Below are positions 40,138 through 51,049 of a stretch of DNA of 64,000 nucleotides, in pieces. Source of the stretch: Candidatus Harrisonbacteria bacterium (GTDB taxonomy: Bacteria; Patescibacteriota; Minisyncoccia; UBA6257; 1-14-0-10-44-23). The notes beneath the pieces are model-generated. The model searched no databases and was not told the DNA's origin. It was given only the letters and a program-made list of their open reading frames with translations. The translations under genes and the position numbers were made by a program. The stretch is from contig JAHFLF010000001.1 in NCBI GenBank assembly GCA_023255625.1, positions 290,965 to 354,964 of the forward strand. Reading direction: 5' to 3'. Positions within the stretch are counted from its first letter, which is position 1; each line of letters begins with the position of its first letter.

Positions 40138-40439
40138 GATAGTCGTCCCTTCCAAACAATTAGCGTTTTCCGGGCGGTGCGCACACAACGCGCCGCCCGG
40201 AGAGAATTAAAATTTACCCGATAACGGGCTGGAAGTGAGTATCGTGGGCTCCGCGTAGAGGTCGTGAGTTTGAAAAGCCGGGCGAGGCGTTTAGCCGAGC
40301 CCGGATAAATCTCTCTCCTCTAAGCGACCTCTGCGCGGATTTTGCGCGACTTGCTTCCGGCCCAGTGTCGGGTATTTTGACGGAAATTAACAAAACCCCG
40401 GGCGGCCAGCTGGCCGCCCGGGGTTTTGGTTTGGAAAAT

Positions 40440-41519
40440 TTAAATTTTAATATACCGAGTTCCTCGCCCTTGTCCAATTCTCTCCAGAAGTTTCAACTTC
40501 ACCAGACGAGTCAATGCTTGCTTAACAGTTTCTCTCTGAATTGTACCGGAAAGTCGCTCGACAACCTCCGCTACACCCATTTCTTGACCCGGCGAGAAAA
40601 GTTGATACACTGCTTTTTGTTTTCCAGAGAGAAGTTTTTCTGGTTGGTCCGCGTCCATAATCTTTCGCGCTCGCGCACACTGCTCTATAAGCGCGGTAAG
40701 AAAATAATCAATCCATGACGAGATGTCTTCGTTTTCTGTGCCGTGATTTTTTTGGGTTGCACGAAGCGCGAGGTAATAATCTACTTTGGTCTGCTCAATA
40801 ATTTCATCAAGCGAGACATATGGAACATAACTATATCCAGCTTGAAGAAGCAGGAAATGAGTAAGTGCTCTACTGACTCGACCGTTGCCATCCGCGAATG
40901 GGTGAATAGCTAGGAATTCAAAGATAAAATTTGCAATCACGAGCAGCGGATGAATCGTGCGGTCTTTAAGTCGCTCGTTGGTCCATTCTATGGCTGTGAG
41001 CATTTCTCCTTTAACGAGATATGAATGAGTAGGATTAAAAAGCACTACATTTTCTTTTTGTTCGTTTGTCAGGACGACTGCGTTATCGCCGTCTTTGTAT
41101 TTACCTTTGTGAAATTTATCTTTCGCAGAAAATTGGAGGAGGATACTATGAAACTGTTGTATCCAACCTTCGGTTAACTTCATTGTTCTCCAGCTATCAA
41201 AAATCCGCCCAATGAGATCGGCGTAACCCGCTACCTCTTCTTGGTCTCGTCCTTTCGGTACATTTACTTTGAGCCCGCGCAAAAAGCGGGCAATTTCTTC
41301 GTCGGTCATTTTTGCACCCTCAATACGCGTCGAAGCGCCGGTCGAGGTGATAATCACAAACGATTTAAGACGCCCGAGTATTTGCGGACTAAGACGCTGG
41401 CTGCCTTGCCAGAGACCTTGAAATTGATCTATTTTTGCGATTCTAGCGAGAATATCTTGAGACAAAGGTATTCTTTTTTCAAAACGCTGCGTATTATTGA
41501 TATTTCTGTTGTTTTTCAT
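40440..41519 (-). CDS. Fic family protein with C-terminal wHTH
   Basis: HPFADGNGRVSR; STRIEG inhibitory motif. Confidence 0.95.
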   Translation of the reverse strand: MKNNRNINNTQRFEKRIPLSQDILARIAKIDQFQGLWQGSQRLSPQILGRLKSFVIITSTGASTRIEGAKMTDEEIARFLRGLKVNVPKGRDQEEVAGYADLIGRIFDSWRTMKLTEGWIQQFHSILLQFSAKDKFHKGKYKDGDNAVVLTNEQKENVVLFNPTHSYLVKGEMLTAIEWTNERLKDRTIHPLLVIANFIFEFLAIHPFADGNGRVSRALTHFLLLQAGYSYVPYVSLDEIIEQTKVDYYLALRATQKNHGTENEDISSWIDYFLTALIEQCARARKIMDADQPEKLLSGKQKAVYQLFSPGQEMGVAEVVERLSGTIQRETVKQALTRLVKLKLLERIGQGRGTRYIKI

Positions 41520-41698
41520 AATGTATTGACTATATACCAACTATATCCGATAGTACACGATTATATCCAATAAAGCAACTACGATTATTCTCTGGATGCT
41601 TTCTAGCCCACCGCCAGTTTTTTAGATCTGAAAATCAGTGAATTCGAGCTGTTTTATACCTGTATTCACTGATTATTGTGATTTTATGACGAATACCG

Positions 41699-42205
41699 CT
41701 ATTTCTTGGCCCTACCAACCAGTGGCACGAGACACGCGGCAGCAATCAGCGCGCCAACGGTGTTGCTAGTCAAATCCAGCCAGGTGTCGGTTGCAGAAGG
41801 GGAGAAAATAATGCCGGTCGTACTTTGGAGAAAGAATTCAAGAAGTTCGTTGCCAACACCAAGGGCGGTAACGATGAGCAGAGATAGAATTATAAATCTA
41901 GAATTATGAATTAAAGTTTTAGAGTCGCGCCCAGCCAAAAAACAGGTGAAGAAGGCAAGAAAGCCGCCGCCAACCGCATGCAAAAAACGGTTGCCAAGAT
42001 CCTGGTCGGGGATGGCATAACTTATGGCAAACGCTAAAGCACTGGCAATCACAAGATATATAATAGACCGGACTGATTGTGCACTCATGCGCGGCTTTGG
42101 AGCTCCAAAAAATGCGGGAAAGGCACGGAACAAAACTATATAGGCGACACAAAAAAGAACAATGAGAAGTAAAAGGTAAAGGATGTCGGAAAGGTGCAGG
42201 GGCAT
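41699..42205 (-). CDS. Membrane protein (VanZ/DUF2238-like)
   Basis: FLH..GG, NELLEF, DT.LDL..N..GA. Confidence 0.7.
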   Translation of the reverse strand: MPLHLSDILYLLLLIVLFCVAYIVLFRAFPAFFGAPKPRMSAQSVRSIIYLVIASALAFAISYAIPDQDLGNRFLHAVGGGFLAFFTCFLAGRDSKTLIHNSRFIILSLLIVTALGVGNELLEFFLQSTTGIIFSPSATDTWLDLTSNTVGALIAAACLVPLVGRAKK

Positions 42206-42532
42206 CGTATTGCTGATTTTACGCCGACGCACTCCAAAAGTCTACGCTAATAAATACGCGGCTTCCGACAAGATGAGCAGGGATACCTTTTACTGCTCCC
42301 TTTGTCGGAAGCCGCGTATTTATTTACCAAAATAAAAAGGTGCGGGTTCGGCTGAAGGGGACAGTAAAAAGTCTCCCTGTCCATCTCAGCCGAACCCGCA
42401 CCGTCTTTACTCGCTATTTTTCCTCCCCAGGATTTTTGATTTTGCCTTGAAGCGCGGCGCAAAACTGATTTCGCAGCCATTCGCTTGCGATGGGCCCGGC
42501 TGCAAAATTAGTTTTGCGCCGCGCTCTCCGCT

Positions 42533-45028
42533 CTACCCGCATCGACTAAATCCACAGGATCCACAGGACATACACCCCTCCTTCAGAGTCAAATTTCCGC
42601 CGCAGTCTGGACAGCCCGGCATCATACCGAAATTGGCAATCGTTTGTTTCTTCGCCGCTCCTTCGCCAGAACTGGCGACTCTCTGTCCTTCCCCGGCAGA
42701 AACTGGCGCACTGATTAATTCATTAATCGTTCCCTCCGAAACCGTCTTCTGTCCTCCGGTAACATGCTCTTCTAGAATCTGCGCAATCGCATCAGGGAGG
42801 GAAAGAATTGTTCCCCGATTTGTCATGACCGGCATCGGCCCGCGGATACCCTTCATCTGCTTAATTATCTCCTCGACTTTAATGTGGCTGCGTAGAGCAA
42901 TGGAAATAAGCCGGCAAAGCGCTTCGGATTGTTCCTGGAAAAATCCGCCGCTCTTGCCCAGAGTCGCGAAGACCTCAATCGGTGCACCATACTCGTCATC
43001 ATTCACCGTAACGAAGAGAATGCCGTAACCGGTCTTCACTTTATAAGTCTTGCCGGAGACAACATCTGGCCGCACTCGCGGGGTCAACTTGCCGGCGTCA
43101 ATCGCCAAGTTCAGCGGCTTTTCAATCTGCTGCACTACTTTTTCTTTTGTGCCAAAACCCTCGGTCGTTGATTTGATATTTTCACCGGCTCCGATATTCA
43201 ATACCTGCACCTCGCGACTACCGTCGCGATAAAAAGTCATCCCTTTGCAACCTTGTTTCCAAGCCAGCACATAACCGGCCGCCACCTCCTCACGCGTCGC
43301 GCTGTTTGGAAAGTTAATCGTCTTACTAATTGAATTATCAACATGCTTCTGAAATGACGCCTGCATCTGGATATGATCTTCGGCTGCAATATCCATGGAA
43401 ACCACAAATGTATCGCGCAAATCTTTAGGCAGGGTCGAGAGGTTCTGGATGCTGCCGGTCTTGAGGAGCTCGTCCATAATACCGCTCTTATTAATATCAA
43501 TCTTGCGATCTTTGAGCGCCTGTTCGAAAACCGGATTTAAATACTTATATTGCAAACCGTCTTTATCCTGCTTGGTAAAGTACAAGGCAAAGTTTGGTTC
43601 TATGCCGCTAGAGCAGTCGGTAAACATCGAGATCGAACCGGTCGGCGCAACGGTCGTGAGCGCGGCATTACGCATCTTAATCCGTTTTTTGCCAAACACA
43701 CTGTCTTTCCAAAGTCCGAATGCACCTTTTTCTTTGGCGAGCACCTGGCTCATTGCATGGGCCTCGTCGTTAATAAAGCCCATTACTTTTTCGCCCAGAT
43801 CGCGGCCCTGCTTAGAGTTATATTGCACGCCGAGCTTATAGAGCATGTCGGCAAAACCCATAATTCCCAACCCGATTCTACGCGTAGACTGGGCCCGATC
43901 AGTCACTTTCTGAACCGGATGCGCATACAAATCAATCACATTATCGTGCAAACGAACTGCAGTACGGGTTACCTTGCGTAGCCGTTGCCAATCAATCTTT
44001 TCTCCCTTCACAAAAGCAGAAAGATTTATTGAACCAAGATTACAGACATCATAGTGATGCAGGAACTGCTCACCGCACGGGTTAGTCGAATCAATCGCGC
44101 CGAGTTGAGGCAGAGGATTAGTCTTGTTGGCAGCATCCAGGTTCACTACACCGGGCTCGCCATTAAACCAGGCGCCCTCAACGAGTTCGTCAAAAAGTTG
44201 CTTGGCCGTCATGTCTAATTCCTCGAAACCATTTACCGAACCGTTGCCGGAGCGTAACACCCGGTGCGGCTTCATCCGCTTGCCATTCCAACGAGCGAGC
44301 CAGGGCTCATTTGGTTTTTCCGTAACGGCTTTCATAAACTCATCGGTGATGCCGACGGAAATATTAAAGTTGCGGATACTGCCTTCAACAGTTTTGCAGT
44401 GAATGAAATCCAGAATATCCGGATGATCCACCGGCATGATGGCCATGTTCGCACCGTGGCGTCCCTGCTGCTTAATAATTCCAAATGCAGTGTTGTAAAT
44501 TTTTAGAAATTCAACCGGGCCGGAGGACATGCCGTTGGTGCGCTTCGTCGGCGTACCGGCCGGACGCAGATGACCGAAAGAAAAGCCCAGCCCACTGCCG
44601 GCCTGCTGCAAAAGTGCGGCTTCTTTTAAAGTCTGAAAAATATCTTCGAGCGTATCTAAGACGGGGAGCACAATGCAGTTGGCAATAATCGGCGTACCGG
44701 CGCCGACATTGGTCAAAGTGCGGCCGGCCGGTGTGTGCTCCTTGTTGGCCATGATCTCAAAAAAATCTTGCTCGATTTTTTTGACCTGCGAATCGGTTTT
44801 TCCGTATTTTTCTTTTTCAATCTGCGCCAACCCGCCGGCAACACGGTGAAAAAGTTCCGCCGGAGTCTCCTGCGTGCCGTCTTCGCGTTTGGCGAGATAG
44901 CGTTTCTTCATCATTTTCAGAGCGTTCTCGGAAAATGACTGATTTATTTTTTTATCAAATTCTTTTTGTGAATTCACGGCTGATTTTTTTGCTACGAATA
45001 CTCTTTTCGCGACAGCTTTCTTCTTCAT
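42533..45028 (-). CDS. nrdJ: Class II (B12-dependent) ribonucleotide reductase with C-terminal TSCPD/Zn region
   Basis: TNPCGEQ, CNLGSINL, TVAPTGSIS, C-terminal CPDC/CGSC. Confidence 0.93.
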   Translation of the reverse strand: MKKKAVAKRVFVAKKSAVNSQKEFDKKINQSFSENALKMMKKRYLAKREDGTQETPAELFHRVAGGLAQIEKEKYGKTDSQVKKIEQDFFEIMANKEHTPAGRTLTNVGAGTPIIANCIVLPVLDTLEDIFQTLKEAALLQQAGSGLGFSFGHLRPAGTPTKRTNGMSSGPVEFLKIYNTAFGIIKQQGRHGANMAIMPVDHPDILDFIHCKTVEGSIRNFNISVGITDEFMKAVTEKPNEPWLARWNGKRMKPHRVLRSGNGSVNGFEELDMTAKQLFDELVEGAWFNGEPGVVNLDAANKTNPLPQLGAIDSTNPCGEQFLHHYDVCNLGSINLSAFVKGEKIDWQRLRKVTRTAVRLHDNVIDLYAHPVQKVTDRAQSTRRIGLGIMGFADMLYKLGVQYNSKQGRDLGEKVMGFINDEAHAMSQVLAKEKGAFGLWKDSVFGKKRIKMRNAALTTVAPTGSISMFTDCSSGIEPNFALYFTKQDKDGLQYKYLNPVFEQALKDRKIDINKSGIMDELLKTGSIQNLSTLPKDLRDTFVVSMDIAAEDHIQMQASFQKHVDNSISKTINFPNSATREEVAAGYVLAWKQGCKGMTFYRDGSREVQVLNIGAGENIKSTTEGFGTKEKVVQQIEKPLNLAIDAGKLTPRVRPDVVSGKTYKVKTGYGILFVTVNDDEYGAPIEVFATLGKSGGFFQEQSEALCRLISIALRSHIKVEEIIKQMKGIRGPMPVMTNRGTILSLPDAIAQILEEHVTGGQKTVSEGTINELISAPVSAGEGQRVASSGEGAAKKQTIANFGMMPGCPDCGGNLTLKEGCMSCGSCGFSRCG

Positions 45029-45318
45029 AATGGGAAAGGGATAATTAAAATAATAAAATTTTCGATGAAGAAAAAATATGCACTGGAAATCATCAGGAAT
45101 TTTTTCGTTCCTCAATTCTACTCCCCGTTCTCAAGACCTGGCAAGAGTGGATAACTCAAAAATGTTCAAGCTAAAAAAGATTTTTAACAAGTGTCAACGA
45201 CGCCAACCTAAAAATCGCTTCACAAACCAAAAAATCAGCTCCGCGGGGCTGATTTTTTGGGCCTTTTTCTTAGTTTCGACCAATTAACCAACTAACCAAC
45301 TAACTGATGAACTAATTC

Positions 45319-45676
45319 TGGTGCCGCGGGTCAGAATCGAACTGACAACCACTTCCTCTTCCAAGGATATTCTCTGCATTACTGCAAAGTTTGGACTATA
45401 TCATCTCCCCAGAGGGGAGTCGGGCGCTATCTGCGAGGTTATTGTTGGGACTCACTCGCTAGTCTCTACACCTGCCTCCGCTAAAGCTACTGCAGGCAAG
45501 CCTTCTTCAACGATTTGGCTTGCTTGCAATCCGTAGCCTCCCGGCGAAGGATTGGCTCGGGATTTTCCTCTCACAAGGAGTTCCCCCGAATTCACCCAAT
45601 TATTCAATCCATATTACTATGGAAGGCCCCAAAGAGTTATCAATAGGGAAATGCTCTACCATTGAGCTACCGCGGC
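45319..45676 (-). tRNA. tRNA-Phe(GAA), exons 45645-45676 and 45319-45361
   Basis: Joining exons gives TTTCC-CT GAA GA-GGAAG arm and a full cloverleaf with CCA. Confidence 0.9.
45362..45644 (-). ncRNA. Group I intron (283 nt) after U33
   Basis: U at 5' splice site, terminal G, P1 CCCT/GGGG, P10 CTCTTT/GAAGAG, GAGACTA and GATATAGTCC core. Confidence 0.9.
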
Positions 45677-46377
45677 AGCGGCGCGAACTGCTTCAAACCC
45701 TCAATCCACCCCATAATTTTATAGAACAGTTGAGTATTGTTGATTCTAATTTGAATGACCCCAAAAGGCAAGCGATTAAAGGGTCTTTTACCTTTGCTAG
45801 ATAAACTTACGAAAATATGCACTTTGCCAAAACGACTCTTGGGAATCTTAGTAATCTTTGACCAATAACTAATTGCTTCATCTTCTTGAATATGTTTAAA
45901 GATTCTTAAATCTGCAGTGATCTTTTCTTCTGGTACATTGCAAATCTCGCGGATAAATCTTAGAAACATCTGCACCAACAACGGATCAGAATTTGTAAGA
46001 CTTATTGAGTGTGCTGTTATTTCACGACCCTTAACTTTTCTCACTCTTTTATAACCTTCCGCCCAGTAAAGCGCGATTCCGACAATAAACAAATTTTCTC
46101 TTGATACCTCACGAATCTCAGATTGAGCCAATTCCAAAATATCATCTCTCCGCTTAATGGCTAGGGCTGTCTGCTCCTTATTTCTTTTTATAAAACCAGC
46201 AAGGGATTTTTCGCGGCTCCGGACTGCAATTTTTTTCCGGGCCTCATCAGAAAGGGGAACTTCTTTCAACCATAAAGAAAGGGTTGATTTAGAAATCCCT
46301 AGCAACAGTTTTTGAATCTGACCATAACTCAGACCTTCTAACCTCAACTGAATCGCACGATTTTTATCTTTCCTCAT
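45667..46377 (-). CDS. HTH plus LAGLIDADG-like protein
   Basis: N-terminal HTH; ALYWAEG; L.NSDP.L...FLRF. Confidence 0.75.
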   Translation of the reverse strand: MRKDKNRAIQLRLEGLSYGQIQKLLLGISKSTLSLWLKEVPLSDEARKKIAVRSREKSLAGFIKRNKEQTALAIKRRDDILELAQSEIREVSRENLFIVGIALYWAEGYKRVRKVKGREITAHSISLTNSDPLLVQMFLRFIREICNVPEEKITADLRIFKHIQEDEAISYWSKITKIPKSRFGKVHIFVSLSSKGKRPFNRLPFGVIQIRINNTQLFYKIMGWIEGLKQFAPLPR

Positions 46378-46468
46378 CTATATAGTGTATCATAGTCGTT
46401 CTATTTATTACAAATAAAACAAAGACTTCACATTTTGCCTTACTTTCTGTATAGTATTCCAGTCAGAT

Positions 46469-46540
46469 GGTGCCCATAGTTTAGTGGTAAAACTCTTCCC
46501 TGTGGCGGAAAAAATACGGGTTCGATTCCCGTTGGGCACC
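46469..46540 (+). tRNA. tRNA-His(GUG)
   Basis: G-1, CT GTG GC loop, C discriminator. Confidence 0.93.
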
Positions 46541-46541
46541 C

Positions 46542-47126
46542 ATGAAAATTTTATTTGCCGTTTTGTCAGTCATCATCGGGCTTTCGGCCTTTGGTACATA
46601 CATCAAAGATATATTCCTGAAGCGGACGAAGCCGCACGCCTACACCTGGCTTATTTGGGCGCTCACACAGGGGACTGCGACCGCTGGTCTTTTATACGGT
46701 AATGGGGGCCTTGGCGCGATTGAGCTTGTTATTGGAACAATGCTCGTGCTTGTTGTTTTCGTTTTTTCTCTTAGGCACGGAACCAAAAATATCACAAAGA
46801 GCGATACGGCCGTCTTAATACTGGCGCTGCTGGCAATCTTTGTCTGGTGGCAACTCCATAACCCGGTCGCCGCAGTCCTGATGGTCTCGGCGATAGATGC
46901 CTTTGGCTATATTCCGAGTTTTAGAAAATCATGGCAAGACCCATGGAGCGAGACGCTGCTCTCATGGGGACTATTTTCAGTTGGCAATCTATGCTCGCTA
47001 GCCGCGCTCACTGAATACAACCTGCTAACAGTAACTTATCTCATAACTATTTCTAGCTTCAACATCATGCTTATGATCCTCTGTCTATTGCGAAGAAGAA
47101 AGGTTGCGCGTCTGATTACACCTTAA
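46542..47126 (+). CDS. Multi-TM PQ-loop-like protein
   Basis: KPHAYTWLIW, PSFRKSWQDPWSE. Confidence 0.8.
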   Translation: MKILFAVLSVIIGLSAFGTYIKDIFLKRTKPHAYTWLIWALTQGTATAGLLYGNGGLGAIELVIGTMLVLVVFVFSLRHGTKNITKSDTAVLILALLAIFVWWQLHNPVAAVLMVSAIDAFGYIPSFRKSWQDPWSETLLSWGLFSVGNLCSLAALTEYNLLTVTYLITISSFNIMLMILCLLRRRKVARLITP

Positions 47127-47134
47127 AATCTCAC

Positions 47135-48202
47135 TTATCTTGCTCGCAAGACAGATTCACAAATAGCGCTGTCGGTTTTGAAGAGGGCGCAGGTGGCGGT
47201 CAGTTCATCGTTGCTAATTCCGGAAAGCGTAGCGTAGCCAAGCACGCCTTCATAAAATGCCCGTTTTTGTTCTGTTGGCAATCCGTCGACATACATTTCG
47301 GAACTTTCCAAATGTTGGCCCTTGAATTTACTCATCATGGTAATGCCGAGCCCCTTGAGACAAAATTGGGCGTCGGAATTACTAAGACCACTGCGCGCGC
47401 AGGTCTGCACCGCGCCCGGATAATCTTTGACATGTGTGCGGAGGTACCCGAACGGGGCATACAGAAAACAGGTGGGCTTCTCGTCGTCTTTGGCGGCGAT
47501 GCACGGGGCGAGCGGCTTTTGGATATCCCAACCAAACGAGCTGGCTGGCGCCTGGGCATTGCCCCAAAATAACTCCATCCAGACGCCCTCAAAACAGCGG
47601 TACATGTCTTTTGAGTGCTGAATATTCCGGCAGTCAGTGAGCGCGGCCTCTGCGTGGCGATCGTCGCTAAACATAAGCGCGTGGCCGATACCGTGATAGC
47701 AGCTTTCGCGATGAGCATCCGGCACCTGGGCGCAGAGAATATCCGGCGCGGCTTTAAATTTTGGCTCGTGTAACGCCAACTCTTCAACAATGCCGTGCAT
47801 ATACCCACCGGCGCAGATGTACTCCACCAAGGTGTGTTTGAGGTGCTCGGGATTATTAAAAGTCATGGCATCTAAAAACCCGTACAGCTCGTATGCTTTG
47901 TGGCCGATGTCATGCCCGACATCATGGCAGTTAAGGGCAAGTGCCTTGTCAGCCCCTATCACATCAACGACTTTAAAAATAGAATTTGGGTCGTGCGGGT
48001 CTAACATGGCAATCAATTTATCGCGCACCGCCTGCTGCGCCGGCAGGGTTTTGGAGATGTCGGGTAGCGGCTTCGCTGGAATGACTGACTCATCATTTTT
48101 TGGAACCTGCGCCACCGGTTTGGTTTGCAAAAATAACGCCGTTCCAAAGATTGTAAGCGCCGCTCCAACAAAAATTAGGCAGACAGATGGCTTTAATTTC
48201 AT
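47135..48202 (-). CDS. Exported Cys/His-repeat protein
   Basis: CH..GH..G, C..GYMHG, CYHGIGH, C..G repeats. Confidence 0.8.
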   Translation of the reverse strand: MKLKPSVCLIFVGAALTIFGTALFLQTKPVAQVPKNDESVIPAKPLPDISKTLPAQQAVRDKLIAMLDPHDPNSIFKVVDVIGADKALALNCHDVGHDIGHKAYELYGFLDAMTFNNPEHLKHTLVEYICAGGYMHGIVEELALHEPKFKAAPDILCAQVPDAHRESCYHGIGHALMFSDDRHAEAALTDCRNIQHSKDMYRCFEGVWMELFWGNAQAPASSFGWDIQKPLAPCIAAKDDEKPTCFLYAPFGYLRTHVKDYPGAVQTCARSGLSNSDAQFCLKGLGITMMSKFKGQHLESSEMYVDGLPTEQKRAFYEGVLGYATLSGISNDELTATCALFKTDSAICESVLRAR

Positions 48203-48301
48203 ACCCGTGAGTGTATATTCTTTTCGTCAAAAACAAAACCGCTCGTCCACAACCTTGGTAGATCGGGACGAGCGGGTACTGCTTCGTTCATGGGGCGGGA
48301 A

Positions 48302-49669
48302 CTACCGTTCAAAAGACGCGTGCCGATTGATGAACTGTGCAATCTTACGGCCGAGCCACCATCTCGGCACGGGCACGAGCGGACTCGTACGGCAGAGTCG
48401 GAACGGGGTCAGGAGCAAGACAATAAGAAGATAGGCGATGTTCGCGCGCCACCGTTGCGGCCAGAGCGGGTGCGTCTCTTTGCAGGCGAGCATTGTATAG
48501 TCGAGCCGTATGAGCAACTTGGGATTCTTGCGAAACTCCTCAACCTGGGGATTGTCGTCTGGCCACTCACCGCTCGGCGTGTATGCCCTGGCGCAATAGG
48601 GACGTATGACCACGCCTCGCAGAGCGTGGCGAAACACGAAACGAAGCGTCAGGAAAACATCGCGAAACATATCGGCTGGGAAACCGACAACGGTGAGCAT
48701 CTCCGGCTCAATACCCGCCTCCTGCATCAGTCGCAGAAACTCCTCCGCTTCAGACAGCGTGTTGTGCCCCTTGTTCACACGACGGAACGCCGCCTCACTC
48801 CCACCGTCAGCCCCGAACCCGACAGTCTCAAGTCCGTACGACCGAAGTCGCGTTGCTAGCTCGAGATCTTTCCTGCACTCACGAACCGTCCACTTGGAGG
48901 TGGCAAGACCGCGCAGGTGCAAGACGATGCCGTGTCGCCTCGCGATTCGACTCACAGCAGCAAGACACAGTTCAAGCTTGTCAACGCTCTGAAAGACATC
49001 AAGGTTGGTCAGGTAGGCCGTGAAGGTAGAGTGACCAATAGAGACGAGGGACGAACAGATGTACTCCACCTCCTCCTCGAGCGCACGCAAGCTTCGGTAC
49101 TGCTCCGGCCGATTCTTCGCGGCCGCACAAAAGCTGCAATTGAACATGCAGCCGTTCGCTAGAAAGAGCGCGAACTCGCTAGTGAGATATAGGCGGCGCT
49201 GCGCCTCCGTCAGTTGCATGAGCATCCGCACCGACGAGGTGTCGAAGGCGGAACGCAGACTGCCCGGTGCAAGATCGAGGGCCTGCTCGCATGCCTGATC
49301 CGTCGTCACGGGAACAACCTGACCAAGCCGACTGAACCAGTTCGTGAAATCAGCGGGGCAATGCAGGTTGTTGATGCCCTCGCCTCCCACAAGCACAAGC
49401 TGCTGATACCCCATGAAGCGCACTCTCGCAATGTCGCGCATAACATCAGGGATGTAAGGCGTGCCAATCACGCTCCAACCAACGAAGTTAGAGCGGTCAA
49501 GCTCTGATCGAACTTCTGGCGACTCAAGGTCGGTGTGGTTCAGGTCAAAAAACGAAACCTCAATACCGGCCTCAAGCAACCGACTCCCGAGATTCATAAG
49601 ACCTCCCGGGAGATACGTCTTAACCCGACCGTGCGGGTAGCGCGGCTCAAATAGGGTAATACGACGCAT
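48302..49669 (-). CDS. Radical SAM protein with B12-binding-like N-terminus
   Basis: GCMFNCSFC; LVGG; AAGGAG SD; GC-rich. Confidence 0.88.
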   Translation of the reverse strand: MRRITLFEPRYPHGRVKTYLPGGLMNLGSRLLEAGIEVSFFDLNHTDLESPEVRSELDRSNFVGWSVIGTPYIPDVMRDIARVRFMGYQQLVLVGGEGINNLHCPADFTNWFSRLGQVVPVTTDQACEQALDLAPGSLRSAFDTSSVRMLMQLTEAQRRLYLTSEFALFLANGCMFNCSFCAAAKNRPEQYRSLRALEEEVEYICSSLVSIGHSTFTAYLTNLDVFQSVDKLELCLAAVSRIARRHGIVLHLRGLATSKWTVRECRKDLELATRLRSYGLETVGFGADGGSEAAFRRVNKGHNTLSEAEEFLRLMQEAGIEPEMLTVVGFPADMFRDVFLTLRFVFRHALRGVVIRPYCARAYTPSGEWPDDNPQVEEFRKNPKLLIRLDYTMLACKETHPLWPQRWRANIAYLLIVLLLTPFRLCRTSPLVPVPRWWLGRKIAQFINRHASFER

Positions 49670-49864
49670 GGCGCTCTCCTTTTGGGTGGACTTACATTTT
49701 CAGTTGTACTACGGGAACTTCCCGTAACCTAGGTTTTCGTAGAATACGCGATAGATTGGTTATTGTCAATGCCTTATGGCGTAAATAACCCTTATTTAAT
49801 AAGGGTTAATAGGATTTCGTTAAAGCCACTTGACACAATATTTGCTATGCGCTAGAATGAATTT

Positions 49865-50617
49865 ATGAAAAAAATAACTAAAACCATAGCCGGATTATCG
49901 GCTCGCCAGACAGAGGTTTATTGTGTTTTATTAAAACTAGGAAAGGGGACTGTTGCCGAGGTCATGCGCGAGGCAAAGATGAACCGCACAACCGGTTACA
50001 GTGTTTTAGATTCACTGGTTGGCAAAGGGCTCGTGACGATTTCAGGGAAGGAGCCAAAGCAGGAATATGTCGCTGAATCACCAGACAATTTACTCAAGTA
50101 TCTGAATCATGAGGCAGAGGAGGCGCAGGCGCGAGCCAAAGAAGTTGAAAATCTAATTCCAGAATTAAAATCTATCCACAATGTTGCCGGCCGGCCAAAG
50201 GTGATGTTTTATGAGGGCGAGGAGGGGCTGGAGCGCGTTTATGAAGACACGCTGACCTCGCATGAGCCAATTCGGGCGTATGCCAATTTTGAGGATGCAA
50301 CAAAAACACTGCCTCACTACTTTCCGGAGTATTTCCGACGCCGTGCAGAGAAAAGAATTTCAATCCGCGGCATCGTGCCCGACAACCTTGCGGGCCGCCA
50401 AAATGCAGAGCGCAACCGGGAAGAATTGCGCGAAATGGCACTTGTGCCGACAAATAAATATTATTTCTCTCCAGAAATCAACATCTACGACGACAAAATC
50501 ATGATCGCTTCATGGAAGGAAAAACTTGGTATCATTATCCAAAGCAAAGAAATCGCTGATGCGATGAAATCTATCTTTGAGCTCGCCTGGGCAGAAGCTA
50601 AGCGTCTATCTCGCTAA
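49865..50617 (+). CDS. TrmB-family regulator
   Basis: RTTGY.VL..L; RPKVMFYEG. Confidence 0.9.
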   Translation: MKKITKTIAGLSARQTEVYCVLLKLGKGTVAEVMREAKMNRTTGYSVLDSLVGKGLVTISGKEPKQEYVAESPDNLLKYLNHEAEEAQARAKEVENLIPELKSIHNVAGRPKVMFYEGEEGLERVYEDTLTSHEPIRAYANFEDATKTLPHYFPEYFRRRAEKRISIRGIVPDNLAGRQNAERNREELREMALVPTNKYYFSPEINIYDDKIMIASWKEKLGIIIQSKEIADAMKSIFELAWAEAKRLSR

Positions 50618-50865
50618 AACTTTGCCCCGCGTTGCGAAGCCCGTTTTGCCGTATGCTAGGCGCGAGGAAAAGACAATATGCCCAAAGCATAGGCTTTTCT
50701 GAACAACAACGCAGACGGGCAAACGGGCTTCAACCCGAAGGGCTCTGGCCAATTTCCGTCATACCATTGTCGGCTCGTCCTCGAAGTACGTAAACGTACT
50801 CCTTGCGGCGAGCCTTCGCGGTCTGACAGAAATTGACCTAGAGCTCGGGAAAAAGATTTTAGCGA
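50614..50865. repeat. About 260-nt structured dispersed element, copy 2
   Basis: Colinear conserved blocks with 22180-22447. Confidence 0.75.
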
Positions 50866-51049
50866 GATAGACGCTGAACGGATTGATGTAAGAAATAAAA
50901 GAGTTGGGCGAGATGCTTCGGCTTCAGCATGACAGAGGGGTCCCGATCTGCTACAATATCTACATAAAATGTATCGCATACGGCGATGCTTTTTTATTAG
51001 CTTTCTCGCCTCTCACTACTCCCTACAACCTACGCCCTAATCCTTATCT

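Noticed and set aside
36500-40250. Prophage or integron
   Set aside because: No integrase, structural genes or clear attC sites seen
45030-45200. NrdR box or cobalamin riboswitch before nrdJ
   Set aside because: No convincing motif by eye
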